Positions 1 to 9,911 are shown, counted from the stretch's first letter. The stretch is DNA of 32,000 nt from Halorubrum ruber (GCF_018228765.1 NZ_CP073695.1:2309218-2341217); one strand, 5' to 3'. Notes: generated by a model not told the origin, from the sequence alone. Translations and numbers: made by a program.

Positions 1-1490
1 CGCGCGGGCAGTTGCTGTTCGACGTATTCGAGTATGCAGCGAATAATCTTCTAGACCCACGTGACGAGGGTGATCTGCGCGAAATTCCGGCATATGACGA
101 TCTTCGTGAGGAGTGGCCGGGAGTGGACGTCGCCACGGTCTACGAGCAGTGGCAGCAGTTCAAGGGGCATCAGGACTTGGTGGAGTTCCATGAACTCCTC
201 GAAGCCGCTGTAGACGGTCCGCTTCCACCCACTAAGGTGGTTGTCGTGGACGAATATCACGACGCGTACCCGCTTCTGGCCCAAGTTGCAGAACGGTGGG
301 TTGCAGCCGCTAACACGGCGATCGTGGCAGGCGACCCCCTACAAGTTGTCAATGCCTATGCGGGTGCTGACCCGCGGTTCTTTACCGACCGTATGGACCA
401 CTTGCCTGAGGTGCTCCTCGATAAGTCGTGGCGGGTGGCGGAGGAACACTGGCAGGTGGCGACTCGGATGCTGCAGAGAGAGTTCGAAGCGCCACCAATC
501 GACCGACACGGTCGCGGAGAAATCCACGAGTACCAGTCTCCCGAGTTCACCCACGCGCAGAACGCGGGGTGGACGGTTCCCGGGGCGAATCAGCCGGCGA
601 GCCCCGTGGCGCTCGCAGACGAGTACGTCGCCGGGAACGACAACCGCGACATGTTGCTCCTAGCGAGAACACAGAAACAAGCGCAAGGCGTCAGCGCAGC
701 GCTCGACAAAGGCGGGGTCGTTCACGAGACCCAGGACGCCGACGACGTCGGCGGGTGGACACAACGGCGTGTAGACGCGCTAAACGCCGTATTGAAACTG
801 CAGACTGTGCCGGGAAGTTACGGGCAGGACACCAATCAGTACGGACTCATGAAGTACGACGGTGACGCGGCAGATTTCCGATTAGACGCTGAGGAAGCGG
901 CAGTCATCTTAGAGCATGCGCACGGTAGGACACTTGAACACACAAGTGATGAACTCGATTCGTTTGTGGAATCCCTACGTAGCGACTCTGAGAACTCTGA
1001 TAACGGACAGACACTGTCCGCGGATGACCTTGATAAAGTTGTCAAGCCAGCATTCTGGCGTAAGTACACGGACGGTCCGGCGACGGTGAGGCGTCTCACG
1101 AAGGCCGGCGAGTTCGAGGATGAGGACCTGAAAGCGCTGCAGAAAGCCGCTGTAAGGTACGATGACCCGGTTCCTGGGGACGTGTTGAAGAAGGTCCGTG
1201 TTCTCACGATCCACGCTTCGAAGGGTAGTGAGGCGACGGATGTCGTGATTTATGACGGGATCACGTCCACGATCGGCACTGAAATGGAGCGCTCACGTTC
1301 GACACGCGAGAACGAAGCGCGGACATGGTACGTCGGGCTGACGCGCGCGTCAGAACGCCTCCACATCATGCGTGAGGGCTTTTCTTGGGTGCAACCACAC
1401 TTACCCCGAGATATTGCTCCGGTCGCTGCAGTAGCTGCAGAGCGCGCGGTAGAAGATGAATCTGCGCGGAGCGAAGGAGGTGAGGCGTGA
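1..1490 (+). CDS. UvrD/Rep-like superfamily 1 DNA helicase, 5' end outside window (partial)
   Basis: ORF open to window edge; motif II-like VVVVDEYHDAYP, motif III-like TAIVAGDPLQVVNAYAGADPRFF, C-terminal VLTIHASKGSEATDVVIYDG and TWYVGLTRASERLHI typical of UvrD-like helicases. Confidence 0.85.
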   Translation, partial: RGQLLFDVFEYAANNLLDPRDEGDLREIPAYDDLREEWPGVDVATVYEQWQQFKGHQDLVEFHELLEAAVDGPLPPTKVVVVDEYHDAYPLLAQVAERWVAAANTAIVAGDPLQVVNAYAGADPRFFTDRMDHLPEVLLDKSWRVAEEHWQVATRMLQREFEAPPIDRHGRGEIHEYQSPEFTHAQNAGWTVPGANQPASPVALADEYVAGNDNRDMLLLARTQKQAQGVSAALDKGGVVHETQDADDVGGWTQRRVDALNAVLKLQTVPGSYGQDTNQYGLMKYDGDAADFRLDAEEAAVILEHAHGRTLEHTSDELDSFVESLRSDSENSDNGQTLSADDLDKVVKPAFWRKYTDGPATVRRLTKAGEFEDEDLKALQKAAVRYDDPVPGDVLKKVRVLTIHASKGSEATDVVIYDGITSTIGTEMERSRSTRENEARTWYVGLTRASERLHIMREGFSWVQPHLPRDIAPVAAVAAERAVEDESARSEGGEA

Positions 1491-2812
1491 TGAGACGTGA
1501 AACGACGCGGCGGTTAGAAAACGCTGAGAGCGCTGTCAAGGTCATTGATGTTGGCGAGCAGTACATTACCCTCGATATCCCCGAGTCTGTGTACGACGCC
1601 GAGCGAGCCATCCCGTACGAGTTGGTGGAGTTCGACGCAAAGAACTGGTTCGTTTGGGACTTAGACGAGAAGGTTCCACGAGCCCCGCATCGAAACAACG
1701 GATGGGCCGGGCGCGTGACTTGGGGGCGGGAGAACATCGACTTCGACTCCCGCGCCGGTTCAACCTTTGAGGAAGTCATCGATGCTCTCAATGGCCGCTC
1801 AGACGGCTACGTGGATGATTCGTGGCGTTTCCACGATGACGAAGAACCCCGCGAACTGTATCCGATGAGTATTCTCCCGCACGCGGACTTCAGCCCCGAA
1901 CCGGGGTTGATGTTCTTCGACTTCGACGACGTCGTCGAACCTCGCGGAGACGGGACAGCGGTCATGACACGTGAGGTGTGGGATATCGTTCAGCGACTCG
2001 AATGTTACGCTGAATTATCCACGTCAATGACGGGTGTGCACTGCTTTACGCGCGGTGAAATGCCGGGTCAGGTAGATGGGAAGAAGGTACTGAAGGACTT
2101 GAACCAAGAACTTCCGGATGGTGAAGTAGGGCACATCGAGATTTACGGATACCCCGCGAACGGTCGCGTGATGGGGACGACGTGGATGCATATTGACCAG
2201 ACTCCTCGGCATACTGTCGCAGAACGTCAGGACACGATCGTGTCGCTCACAGACGAGTTGCTCGATGACGACGATACCCTCACCGAGCGCGAGCAGGCGA
2301 AAGAAGTGTTTGAGGAGCGTGCGGACGCGGACCACGGCGAGAGTCCCGGGTCGCAATCGGCGTATTACGGGCTCAACCCGGTAACGATTGCGAACACAGG
2401 AGCGTTCCGTACTTACGCGAGTAATGGACAAGGCCCGCATCCGGTTCATGGCGGAACTAGCACACCGGATAGTGAATCCACGAACTTCGCGGTCTCACGG
2501 TCGGACGGGTGGAAGTGTTGGGCTCACGATGATGGCGGTGGAGCACTACAGCTGATTGCAGTGGAGGAAGGAATTCGCCAGTGTGGACGCGCGAGTGACG
2601 TCATGCAGCACCCAGTTGATGCGCTCCGGACGTGTTTAGCGGCACGCGACAAACACGCGCCATCTACACTCCGAGGGGAGAGCCCGCCTACAGTCGCGCT
2701 CAAGGGCGTGTTGGACGTACAAGGCGTTGATTACAACGAAGACGGACGCTTGACACGATTGAATTACGAGTTGGCGAGCGGTCTGTTCAAGGAAATGGGG
2801 TACACCGGGTGA
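1487..2812 (+). CDS. PrimPol-like / primase-type replication protein of haloarchaeal mobile elements
   Basis: Overlaps upstream helicase stop by 4 nt; contains MFFDFDDVVEP...YAELSTSMTGVHCFTRGEMPG...HIEIYGYPANGRVMGTTW, the pattern of bifunctional primase-polymerase proteins of plasmids and viruses. Confidence 0.65.
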   Translation: MMRRETTRRLENAESAVKVIDVGEQYITLDIPESVYDAERAIPYELVEFDAKNWFVWDLDEKVPRAPHRNNGWAGRVTWGRENIDFDSRAGSTFEEVIDALNGRSDGYVDDSWRFHDDEEPRELYPMSILPHADFSPEPGLMFFDFDDVVEPRGDGTAVMTREVWDIVQRLECYAELSTSMTGVHCFTRGEMPGQVDGKKVLKDLNQELPDGEVGHIEIYGYPANGRVMGTTWMHIDQTPRHTVAERQDTIVSLTDELLDDDDTLTEREQAKEVFEERADADHGESPGSQSAYYGLNPVTIANTGAFRTYASNGQGPHPVHGGTSTPDSESTNFAVSRSDGWKCWAHDDGGGALQLIAVEEGIRQCGRASDVMQHPVDALRTCLAARDKHAPSTLRGESPPTVALKGVLDVQGVDYNEDGRLTRLNYELASGLFKEMGYTG

Positions 2813-2874
2813 CTGATATGAAAGAATCAACTGTCGGCACGAACGATGTTGTTAACATTGAGGTGGACGGCTAA
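2809..2874 (+). CDS. possible 21-aa micro-ORF (GTG start) bridging two genes
   Basis: GTGA overlap with the upstream stop and TAATG overlap with the downstream start; VTDMKESTVGTNDVVNIEVDG. Confidence 0.3.
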   Translation: MTDMKESTVGTNDVVNIEVDG

Positions 2875-3158
2875 TGCCACGCACAGAGAGCATTAACATG
2901 CGACTCAAGTGCAAGATTAACCGGTATATCGCTGATATCGAGCTCATACCTGGTCCTAATGCAGAATCGTGGCGGTGGAGCGATATCTTTGTCGCGCGTA
3001 CCGGAGCTGGCGCTGCGGATCCATCGATTGGGTACAAACTCCGCGATGCGGGGCTGCTAGTCAAACAGCCAGACGGTCGATATCGGACGACTGAGAAACT
3101 AAGCGAATACATGCAGGAAAATCACGGGGTGGATATGACAGGCCGATCTTCGGATTGA
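2874..3158 (+). CDS. small winged-helix-like protein (PhiH-like repressor type)
   Basis: 94-aa ORF; KCKINRYIADIELIP...DIFVARTGAGAADPSIGYKLRDAGLLVKQPDGRYRTTEKLSEYM resembles a winged-helix domain. Confidence 0.5.
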   Translation: MPRTESINMRLKCKINRYIADIELIPGPNAESWRWSDIFVARTGAGAADPSIGYKLRDAGLLVKQPDGRYRTTEKLSEYMQENHGVDMTGRSSD

Positions 3159-3639
3159 CAACATTGTCCGAACTGGCCCCCTCCCCGGCGGTCTCGCAGA
3201 GGCCTTCGACGACTTAGACGCCCAACCACCAAGCGAAGATCAACGAATACACTGACACGCCTGCTACCGGGGCTTCTGGGTCCCGCAAGAATGAGGGTTG
3301 ATCTCATAGTTATTGGACAATACTTGAACTCGGGGCCCGACCTAAGAGACGACGAGGCACAGACGGCGCTCGGGGTATTCGACGACACACGATCGTGTCT
3401 GCTAGAATTGTGAAAAGAATTTTCCTGTCGTTATGACTGTGAGATATTATCCATATCCGCGTGGTCCTTGATTAGGTTAGTGAACCACAAAATCAAATCT
3501 TGCTCCGCAAACGAAAATACATTCCACGAAACAAGTTCACTGAAGCGTTCGATTTGGCGCATAGCCACTCTAAAACCGAGCACCACTTTCTCAAACTCTC
3601 GCGGCCCCTCCAATTTACAGTTTTTAATATGGGCTAAGA

Positions 3640-3646
3640 TATAAAT
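3640..3646 (+). promoter_or_regulatory. archaeal TATA box (TATAAAT) for the SMC/Dnd-like operon
   Basis: TATAAAT lies about 24-30 bp upstream of the ATG at 3670, consistent with a leaderless haloarchaeal transcript. Confidence 0.5.
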
Positions 3647-3669
3647 GGCCGCCGATTACAGTTGCGATA

Positions 3670-3828
3670 ATGACTACTCTCTCTGATGACGAAGTCACAA
3701 TTTCAAGTGACAAGATTGAACAAATTCGGGAGCGCGTACTGAAAGCAGAAAAAGAGAAACTCCACTTAGATCTCCCACGTGGGATTAATGACGAAATTGA
3801 GCAAATAATTATAGAGGAAATTAACTAA
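3670..3828 (+). CDS. 52-aa small protein, first gene of SMC operon (absent from supplied ORF track)
   Basis: MTTLSDDEVTISSDKIEQIRERVLKAEKEKLHLDLPRGINDEIEQIIIEEIN; stop overlaps the next start (TAATG); TATA box upstream. Confidence 0.65.
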   Translation: MTTLSDDEVTISSDKIEQIRERVLKAEKEKLHLDLPRGINDEIEQIIIEEIN

Positions 3829-5858
3829 TGCAGCTACAACAGATTGAGTTACTAAACTTTCGGCAGTTCCGGCACGAAGCGATTGAATTTGCTCAGTCCT
3901 CTGATAAAAATGTCACCATCGTACATGGTGCCAATGGGTCCGGTAAATCGACATTACTCAACGCGTTTACTTGGCTGCTCTATGATGAGGTGGATTTCGA
4001 CACGCGTCCTGACAGACTGGCAAGTGAGGGTGCAATGGCCGAAGCATCTGTAGGTGACTCGATCTGTGTTTGTGTGGAGCTAGAATTTCTACATGATGGT
4101 ACTGAATACGTCGCTAGACGGGAGGTTGAATATGAAAAACGGGCTGACGGCGATTTTGATGGTGAACTTGTCGATGCCAATATGACAGTCAAGTACCGGG
4201 AGGGTGGCCAGTGGGAGGAGCGACTGAATCCTGATAATACGCTTGACCAGATTATCCCGAAACGATTGAGTGGCTTGTTTTTCTTTGACGGAGAGGATAT
4301 AGACGAACTTGCAGGGATTGACAATCAAGATCGCATTCAGGAAGCAATTCAAAATATAATGGGGCTCACTATTCTTGAGCGCTCTACCCGTCATTTGGAT
4401 ACTGTAGCGGACCGATTTGAAGATGAGGTGGAAAAGTATGCAAGTGATGAACTTTCAGATCTTATCTCTCAAAAGCGTGATATAGAGGAGGCTATTGATG
4501 ATCTTCAACGAAAACTCCAAGATACGAAGCGGTCTAAGGATCAAGTAGAACAAGAGATATTTGATCTTGAGCAAAAACTTGAACGGTTAGATGAGAGCGC
4601 CGCTCTTCAAGAGCGAAGAAATGAATATCGAGAAGAACGCTCCGATATTGAAGAGAATATTGAACAAATAAATGAACAGATCCGGAAAGAAGTCAGTGAT
4701 CACGGCTTCATTCCCCTCTCAATGCCCCTTATTCGGGAGACTGCAGAAGAGCTAGATTCGATGCGGGAACGTGGACTCATTCCTTCTGAATTGAGCAATT
4801 CATTCATTGATTCTTTACTTGAATCTGGGAGCTGTCTCTGCGGTCGTGAGTTGAAGCCAGGAACTGAACATTATCGTAAGGTGGAGGCGATGAAAGGTGA
4901 GGCAATTGGTGATGGCGTTGAACAAGGGGCACTTCGTATTGTTGGACACCTAAATCGGGTCTCCGAGGAAGAATCCAAATTCTTTGAAACTGCTGATGAA
5001 CTTATCGAGGAGAGAAAAGAACTTCATGACGAGCTTGACGATTATGATGAGCTAATCGATGAGATAAGTTCGGAACTACAGAAGCTTGATCAGACAACTG
5101 AATCTGGTCAGACAATTGGTGAGTTAGAATCTGAACGTGAAGAAAACGAAAGAAAGCGAGACGACCTCATTTCAGATATAGGCGGTATTGAAGAGCGAAT
5201 CGATCACAAGGAAGATGAGTTAGAGAGCCTCAAAGAGGAGATAGAGCAGCAACGCGATGAACATGAGGAGGCCCTCCTAGCCAAGCGTCGGCAAAAGGCG
5301 ACTGAACTTGTAGAAGAAGAGCTAGAATCTTCGTTCTCTGAGTTCAAAAATCAGGTCCGGGAGTGGGCAAATGACGAAATAAGAAAAACGTTTGGTGAGA
5401 TTGCGAGCAAAAACTTCACTGCTGAAATAACCGAAGAATTCAAGCTCAAAATCTGGCAAGAGGTCGGTGACGATCGTGTCGAAGTAGACAAATCAACCGG
5501 GGAACGCCAGATTGCTAGTCTTGCTTTTATTGGCAGTTTAGTCAAAATCGCCAGACAGAGATATGAATCTGAGAAAGACTCAGAGTACTTCACTGGTGGA
5601 ATTTATCCGTTGGTGATGGACTCTCCTTTTGGCGCTCTTGACAAGCGGCATCGACAAAAAGTTGGAGAGGTTATCCCCACTCTTGCAAACCAAGTAGTGG
5701 TCTTTGCGACCGACTCGCAGTGGGAAGGGCCAGTTGAAGAGGAGATGTCCGACAGGATCGGCGAACAATTTTGGCTTGATTACGACCCGGGAGAGTCGCC
5801 CGGCGAGTACCCCCAAACGAAAGTTCGCTCAGAGAGCACATCCATGGAAGCTAACTAA
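3828..5858 (+). CDS. DndD-like SMC/Rad50-family ATPase
   Basis: Walker A GANGSGKST, N-terminal LNFRQFRHEAIEF, LSGLFFFDGEDIDELAG, long coiled coil with central GSCLCGREL, Walker B/D-loop YPLVMDSPFGALDKRHRQKVG. Confidence 0.85.
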   Translation: MQLQQIELLNFRQFRHEAIEFAQSSDKNVTIVHGANGSGKSTLLNAFTWLLYDEVDFDTRPDRLASEGAMAEASVGDSICVCVELEFLHDGTEYVARREVEYEKRADGDFDGELVDANMTVKYREGGQWEERLNPDNTLDQIIPKRLSGLFFFDGEDIDELAGIDNQDRIQEAIQNIMGLTILERSTRHLDTVADRFEDEVEKYASDELSDLISQKRDIEEAIDDLQRKLQDTKRSKDQVEQEIFDLEQKLERLDESAALQERRNEYREERSDIEENIEQINEQIRKEVSDHGFIPLSMPLIRETAEELDSMRERGLIPSELSNSFIDSLLESGSCLCGRELKPGTEHYRKVEAMKGEAIGDGVEQGALRIVGHLNRVSEEESKFFETADELIEERKELHDELDDYDELIDEISSELQKLDQTTESGQTIGELESEREENERKRDDLISDIGGIEERIDHKEDELESLKEEIEQQRDEHEEALLAKRRQKATELVEEELESSFSEFKNQVREWANDEIRKTFGEIASKNFTAEITEEFKLKIWQEVGDDRVEVDKSTGERQIASLAFIGSLVKIARQRYESEKDSEYFTGGIYPLVMDSPFGALDKRHRQKVGEVIPTLANQVVVFATDSQWEGPVEEEMSDRIGEQFWLDYDPGESPGEYPQTKVRSESTSMEAN

Positions 5859-5859
5859 A

Positions 5860-6342
5860 ATGGGACGTATTATCAATTACAAGAAAACCGAGCTGTACGA
5901 CACGCTGGTTGATGAGTACGAAGTCTTTGAGAATTACTATGACCTTCTCATCTTCCTTGCGGTTATAGGATATAAGGAAGACAACCCCGTCCGCGAGGGA
6001 TACCGTGGTAGTAGTTCGGAGGGTACAGCTGGTGAATCGGGGCTACATAATGTTTATTCTCAGGATCTGTATCGTACGATTATGGCTAGTCTAGCCTTTC
6101 AGGATACCGGAGACCCAGAGGCTCTCGTTGACGAACAAACACATATGAAAGTTCTTGCTCAGTATGCTGCAGGTGGACTAGAGATTGCCGAAGACGAGTT
6201 CGGAGATATTGCTGGTGATCCTACAGATGCGATAATCAATTATATAAAAATGTCTCAGAGCGAGGGCACCGGAACTGAAGGAGAGCTAGCCAAGATTGTT
6301 CAGAGTTTTGATGACGAGATGATGAACATCGAAGGGGAGTAA
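5860..6342 (+). CDS. protein resembling DNA phosphorothioation (Dnd)-associated protein 4
   Basis: True start is probably the ATG at 5860, 2 nt after the SMC stop. VFENYYDLLIFLAVIGYKED...VYSQDLYRTIMASLAFQDTGDPEALVDEQTHMKVLAQYAAGGLEIAEDEF matches my recollection of the family pattern (GYK...NGGLxIL). Confidence 0.6.
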   Translation: MGRIINYKKTELYDTLVDEYEVFENYYDLLIFLAVIGYKEDNPVREGYRGSSSEGTAGESGLHNVYSQDLYRTIMASLAFQDTGDPEALVDEQTHMKVLAQYAAGGLEIAEDEFGDIAGDPTDAIINYIKMSQSEGTGTEGELAKIVQSFDDEMMNIEGE

Positions 6343-6416
6343 ATTAGCATTACAGCAAGTATTTTTAAATTAGCCATATCCACAACATTAAGACGCCGCT
6401 GAGTATCAAGGGGACC

Positions 6417-8903
6417 ATGGAAGAGGAATCCAATACGCCACTTTGTGGCAAAGAGATTTTTCTCTATCCGGGTGACCCGGATGGAACCGGTATGCTAGCG
6501 TACGATACCACCCAATACAGAGATCAGTATGATAATCTTCAGTTTGCAGACAGTACACAATTTATTAGTTCATTAGAAGAGAATATACGCCTTGAAAATC
6601 GTTCTCTCCTCCGCGTAGCAGAGGGAGAGAGATTTGTCGTACCTGAATACCAGCGGAATTTTACTTGGGAAGAGGATCAACATGAGGAACTTTGGAACAC
6701 TATATTATCTATTCAGGACCTAAAGCCGAAAGCGAATAATCTTCCTGTTGATACTTACTTTGGAACTGTGTACGTCGCCCGCGACGCCGACGGAGATGTA
6801 TTCGAGATTATTGACGGTCAGCAGCGTCTGACCACAGTAGCAATTATTCTAAAGAATCTAAAGCAGCAGCTAGAAGCTCGATTCGACAGTATAGATGGGC
6901 AGCTTCTCGAATATGCACAACATGTCTGTGACCGCCATTTAGAGGATCTATTATTCCGTGCTGACGGTCCGGCTATTACTCCCTTCATTACGTTGAATGA
7001 CCACGATCAGCCGTTCTTTGATATTGTGTTTAAAGAGAAAGAGGACCGGATTAAACCAGTAAAAAATCTCCCGCAATATGATGGACGAAAGACAAACTCA
7101 ATCACTGTGCAGTCACTTCTTGATGAACTTGATATCCCAGAAGAAGCATACGAAGAGGATGAAGACTTTGAGGACACTGACATGCTTGAATCGTACCGCT
7201 ACTATGGAGATGCACATAGACGACTCGTTAATGCTGACAAATTCTACAAGAAAAATATTAGACAGTTCATTGAGAAGGATATCTTTGAAACTCCGGCGAC
7301 AAAGGTCCGAGCGTTGCTAAATCTGACTCACTATATTCTCCGTTCCCTTCGCGTCTCAGAATGTATCTTTGAGACTAGTAATCAGGAGCTCCGAATCGAA
7401 GTCTTTCAATCGCTCAACGACCGTGGTGTTGAGTTATCGAATATGGATAAGATTCGAGCTCGTGTTGTGGGGCGATTCCAAGGAGAATCAGATAGTGGTG
7501 TACAGATCGATCGCTGGGAAAGCGTTGTCAAGACGTTTGGAGGAGATTCCGATGATGTTGAAGACTTTCTTGCCCACTATCTTGCAGCGACAGAGAAAGA
7601 ATTCTCTACGGTCACAGAAGCGAAAAACGAAATGCTCGAAGCATTTCGTCTCAAACAAATCGGTCATCACGATATCCAATCGAGACTGGCAAGCCCAGGC
7701 CAGGCTCGGGACTTCTTAGAAGAATTAGTGAATTATGCACAGCGATATCGTGAAATTGTTTCTGCCGATTTGACAGATGACGATTTAGAGCTGAAAGACC
7801 CAGAAAAAAGCGAGTGTGAGGAGATTCTCAAGCGGCTCAACAAACTTGGAACTAAACAGTGGCGGCCGTTCGTGATGTACGTCTACCAAGCGGTGACGGA
7901 AGCCCCACAAAAAGATCAGTTTTTGGTCGATGTCTTGAAAACAGTAGAGAATATCTCGTTCCGATTTTCTATATCGGATCTTGTCGGCACAGTCGTTGAT
8001 GACACTTATCCGGATTCCTGCCAAGAATTTCGAGAGCTTGAGCAGACGGGGAATCAATTTGATTCCGAGGAGGTATCTGAGATTCTTATTGAGAATATCG
8101 ATAATTCTGCACGACAGATGTTCGGCGAATCATTCATCGATCGACTTGTTAGTAAAGAGAGTTGGAACAACAACAAGACAAAACAACTGTACTTGAAGGT
8201 CGCGGATGAAGACTTTAGGAAGAGAAATCAGGTTGGGATCACGAACTCTCACCTCAGTTCAGACTCTAGTGAAGTACATATTGAACACGTACTCCCAGTA
8301 TCATACATTTTGCCTAAGAAAGACCATCCGTATGCGTGGTTAGAGCACTTCTTCCGTAATAACGGAGATAACAAGATTCGCACTCAGATCGATTATCTTC
8401 AGTCACGTGACGCACACGAGCTGTCACCCGGTGACGACGGCTATGATGAGATCGAGCGAATCGTAAATGGAATCGAGGAACGCTTCGTACGTGATCTTGG
8501 AAACATGATTTTGCTTGACGAAGCGGTCAACCGGCCGATTCAGAATCGTCTCTTTTCAGTCAAGCTCAAGGAGTACCACAAAGAGCACAGCAAGGACATG
8601 GAAAACATCATCAACCAATACTTCGGTACTGATGGAGCAATTGACGAAGCGGAACTTCAGCGCTTACTAGCGCTTGATATGCCCGATGATGAGACGAGAT
8701 CTAGTTCTCCCTCACTTGTTCAAGATTTCAACGAGTGGTGGACGTATGAGCGCCTCGTACAACGGAAATCACAGCTAGTGTCTGAAATTTTGGAATCACT
8801 CACATTCCCAACCAGACCAGACGAGTTCGAACCGTTTGTAGATGATATCGAAAATATAGTCGAGGAAGATGTTCAGAAGCGTTTAGCAGTTCTAACTGTC
8901 TAA
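6417..8903 (+). CDS. DUF262-DUF1524 fusion protein (GmrSD/SspE-like putative modification-dependent restriction nuclease)
   Basis: N-terminal VPEYQRNFTWEEDQHEELW and EIIDGQQRLTTVAIIL (DUF262); C-terminal VHIEHVLPVSY and LGNMILLDEAVNRPIQNRLFSVKLKEY (DUF1524, His-Me finger). Confidence 0.88.
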   Translation: MEEESNTPLCGKEIFLYPGDPDGTGMLAYDTTQYRDQYDNLQFADSTQFISSLEENIRLENRSLLRVAEGERFVVPEYQRNFTWEEDQHEELWNTILSIQDLKPKANNLPVDTYFGTVYVARDADGDVFEIIDGQQRLTTVAIILKNLKQQLEARFDSIDGQLLEYAQHVCDRHLEDLLFRADGPAITPFITLNDHDQPFFDIVFKEKEDRIKPVKNLPQYDGRKTNSITVQSLLDELDIPEEAYEEDEDFEDTDMLESYRYYGDAHRRLVNADKFYKKNIRQFIEKDIFETPATKVRALLNLTHYILRSLRVSECIFETSNQELRIEVFQSLNDRGVELSNMDKIRARVVGRFQGESDSGVQIDRWESVVKTFGGDSDDVEDFLAHYLAATEKEFSTVTEAKNEMLEAFRLKQIGHHDIQSRLASPGQARDFLEELVNYAQRYREIVSADLTDDDLELKDPEKSECEEILKRLNKLGTKQWRPFVMYVYQAVTEAPQKDQFLVDVLKTVENISFRFSISDLVGTVVDDTYPDSCQEFRELEQTGNQFDSEEVSEILIENIDNSARQMFGESFIDRLVSKESWNNNKTKQLYLKVADEDFRKRNQVGITNSHLSSDSSEVHIEHVLPVSYILPKKDHPYAWLEHFFRNNGDNKIRTQIDYLQSRDAHELSPGDDGYDEIERIVNGIEERFVRDLGNMILLDEAVNRPIQNRLFSVKLKEYHKEHSKDMENIINQYFGTDGAIDEAELQRLLALDMPDDETRSSSPSLVQDFNEWWTYERLVQRKSQLVSEILESLTFPTRPDEFEPFVDDIENIVEEDVQKRLAVLTV

Positions 8904-9097
8904 GACTAGACTCTGCTATGGCCTACTCTTCAAATATACACTTACAGGGAATAGTAGGTCACTGAAGGATTGGAATAGGGCAGACTGGCCTATTTAAAAC
9001 GGTACTTCATCTTTTTCGAACTCTCCTCCCAATCATAGCCCTAATCACAGTCTTCACAATCGCATATACATGGCCCCTCTAATCAAATCTGTCAGAA

Positions 9098-9757
9098 TCA
9101 GACTGGTTGCTTTACAAACTCTGTTACAACGTAGAACGGAAGCGTATCAATTAGCGCGACAAGCAGCTTCACGATGTACTGCCCAGCGACGATTGAGGCG
9201 AGTGCCCAGCCCCACGTTGGCTCCCCACCAAGGCCGAGTGCCGGGAAGATAGCGAAGCCGAGCGTGATGAACACGATCGTGTCCACGCCTTGACTGACTG
9301 CAGTAGACCCACAGTTCCGAAGCCAGCGATGGCGACCGCCGGTGCGAGTCTTCAGATTGGCGAATAATCGGACGTCGAGATGCTGGGCGAACGCGAGCGC
9401 GACGACGGAGGCGAGGATGATCGATGCGGAGCCGCCAAGCGTCGATACGAACGCGTCTTGTCCACCGTAGAACGGGGCAGACGGCATCCAAATGGCGAGG
9501 AACACGAGCGCATACGCGATGACGAGCGTGACGACGGTTCCGTTGACCACGGTCGCAGCGTACTCTTTCCCGTGGTACTCGACAAGCAGGTCTGAAGCGA
9601 GGTAAGCCACGCCGAAGGCGACGAAACCGGCGGGGACGGCGACGCCCCCAAGCCCGGGGAGCTCGATCCACGTCAGTTTCGCTGCGAGGACGTTTGCGAG
9701 AACGATTGAACCGGCGAACACGGCGGTGAAGATCGCGCGAGTATCCTCAGTCTCCAT
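9098..9757 (-). CDS. queuosine precursor transporter family (DUF165/YhhQ-like)
   Basis: Multi-pass membrane protein; ANVLAAKL...VPAGFVAFGVAYLASDLLVEYHGKEYA...FANLKTRTGGRHRWLRNCGSTAVSQGVDTIVFITLGF is typical of the family. Confidence 0.88.
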   Translation of the reverse strand: METEDTRAIFTAVFAGSIVLANVLAAKLTWIELPGLGGVAVPAGFVAFGVAYLASDLLVEYHGKEYAATVVNGTVVTLVIAYALVFLAIWMPSAPFYGGQDAFVSTLGGSASIILASVVALAFAQHLDVRLFANLKTRTGGRHRWLRNCGSTAVSQGVDTIVFITLGFAIFPALGLGGEPTWGWALASIVAGQYIVKLLVALIDTLPFYVVTEFVKQPV

Positions 9758-9911
9758 CAGCTGTCACCGTCTTGTATGGGCGTACAGTTTCCTGTGGTTC
9801 GCTGTCTTGAGCTGACCCCAGTAGAAACCGGTGCGCAACGACCGATAGGGTAGACGGTGGATGAGTGTGAGTCGGGTTGCTGTTCCATCGGTGAAGTAAC
9901 GAAACTCAATC

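Noticed and set aside
3159-3290. Possible frameshifted extension of the winged-helix gene (IVRTGPLPGGLAEAFDDLDAQPPSEDQRIH)
   Set aside because: Looks coding-like, but the frame has a stop directly upstream and I cannot confirm continuity with the 2874-3158 gene without homologs.
3431-3613. 60-aa minus-strand ORF upstream of the SMC operon (TTG start)
   Set aside because: Weak start and no recognised family. It reads somewhat protein-like and a TATA-like TTTATAT is present on the minus strand, but the support is too thin to call.
9133-9671. Arg-rich 174-aa minus-strand and plus-strand ORFs overlapping the DUF165 gene
   Set aside because: Out-of-frame shadows of a clear membrane transporter gene.
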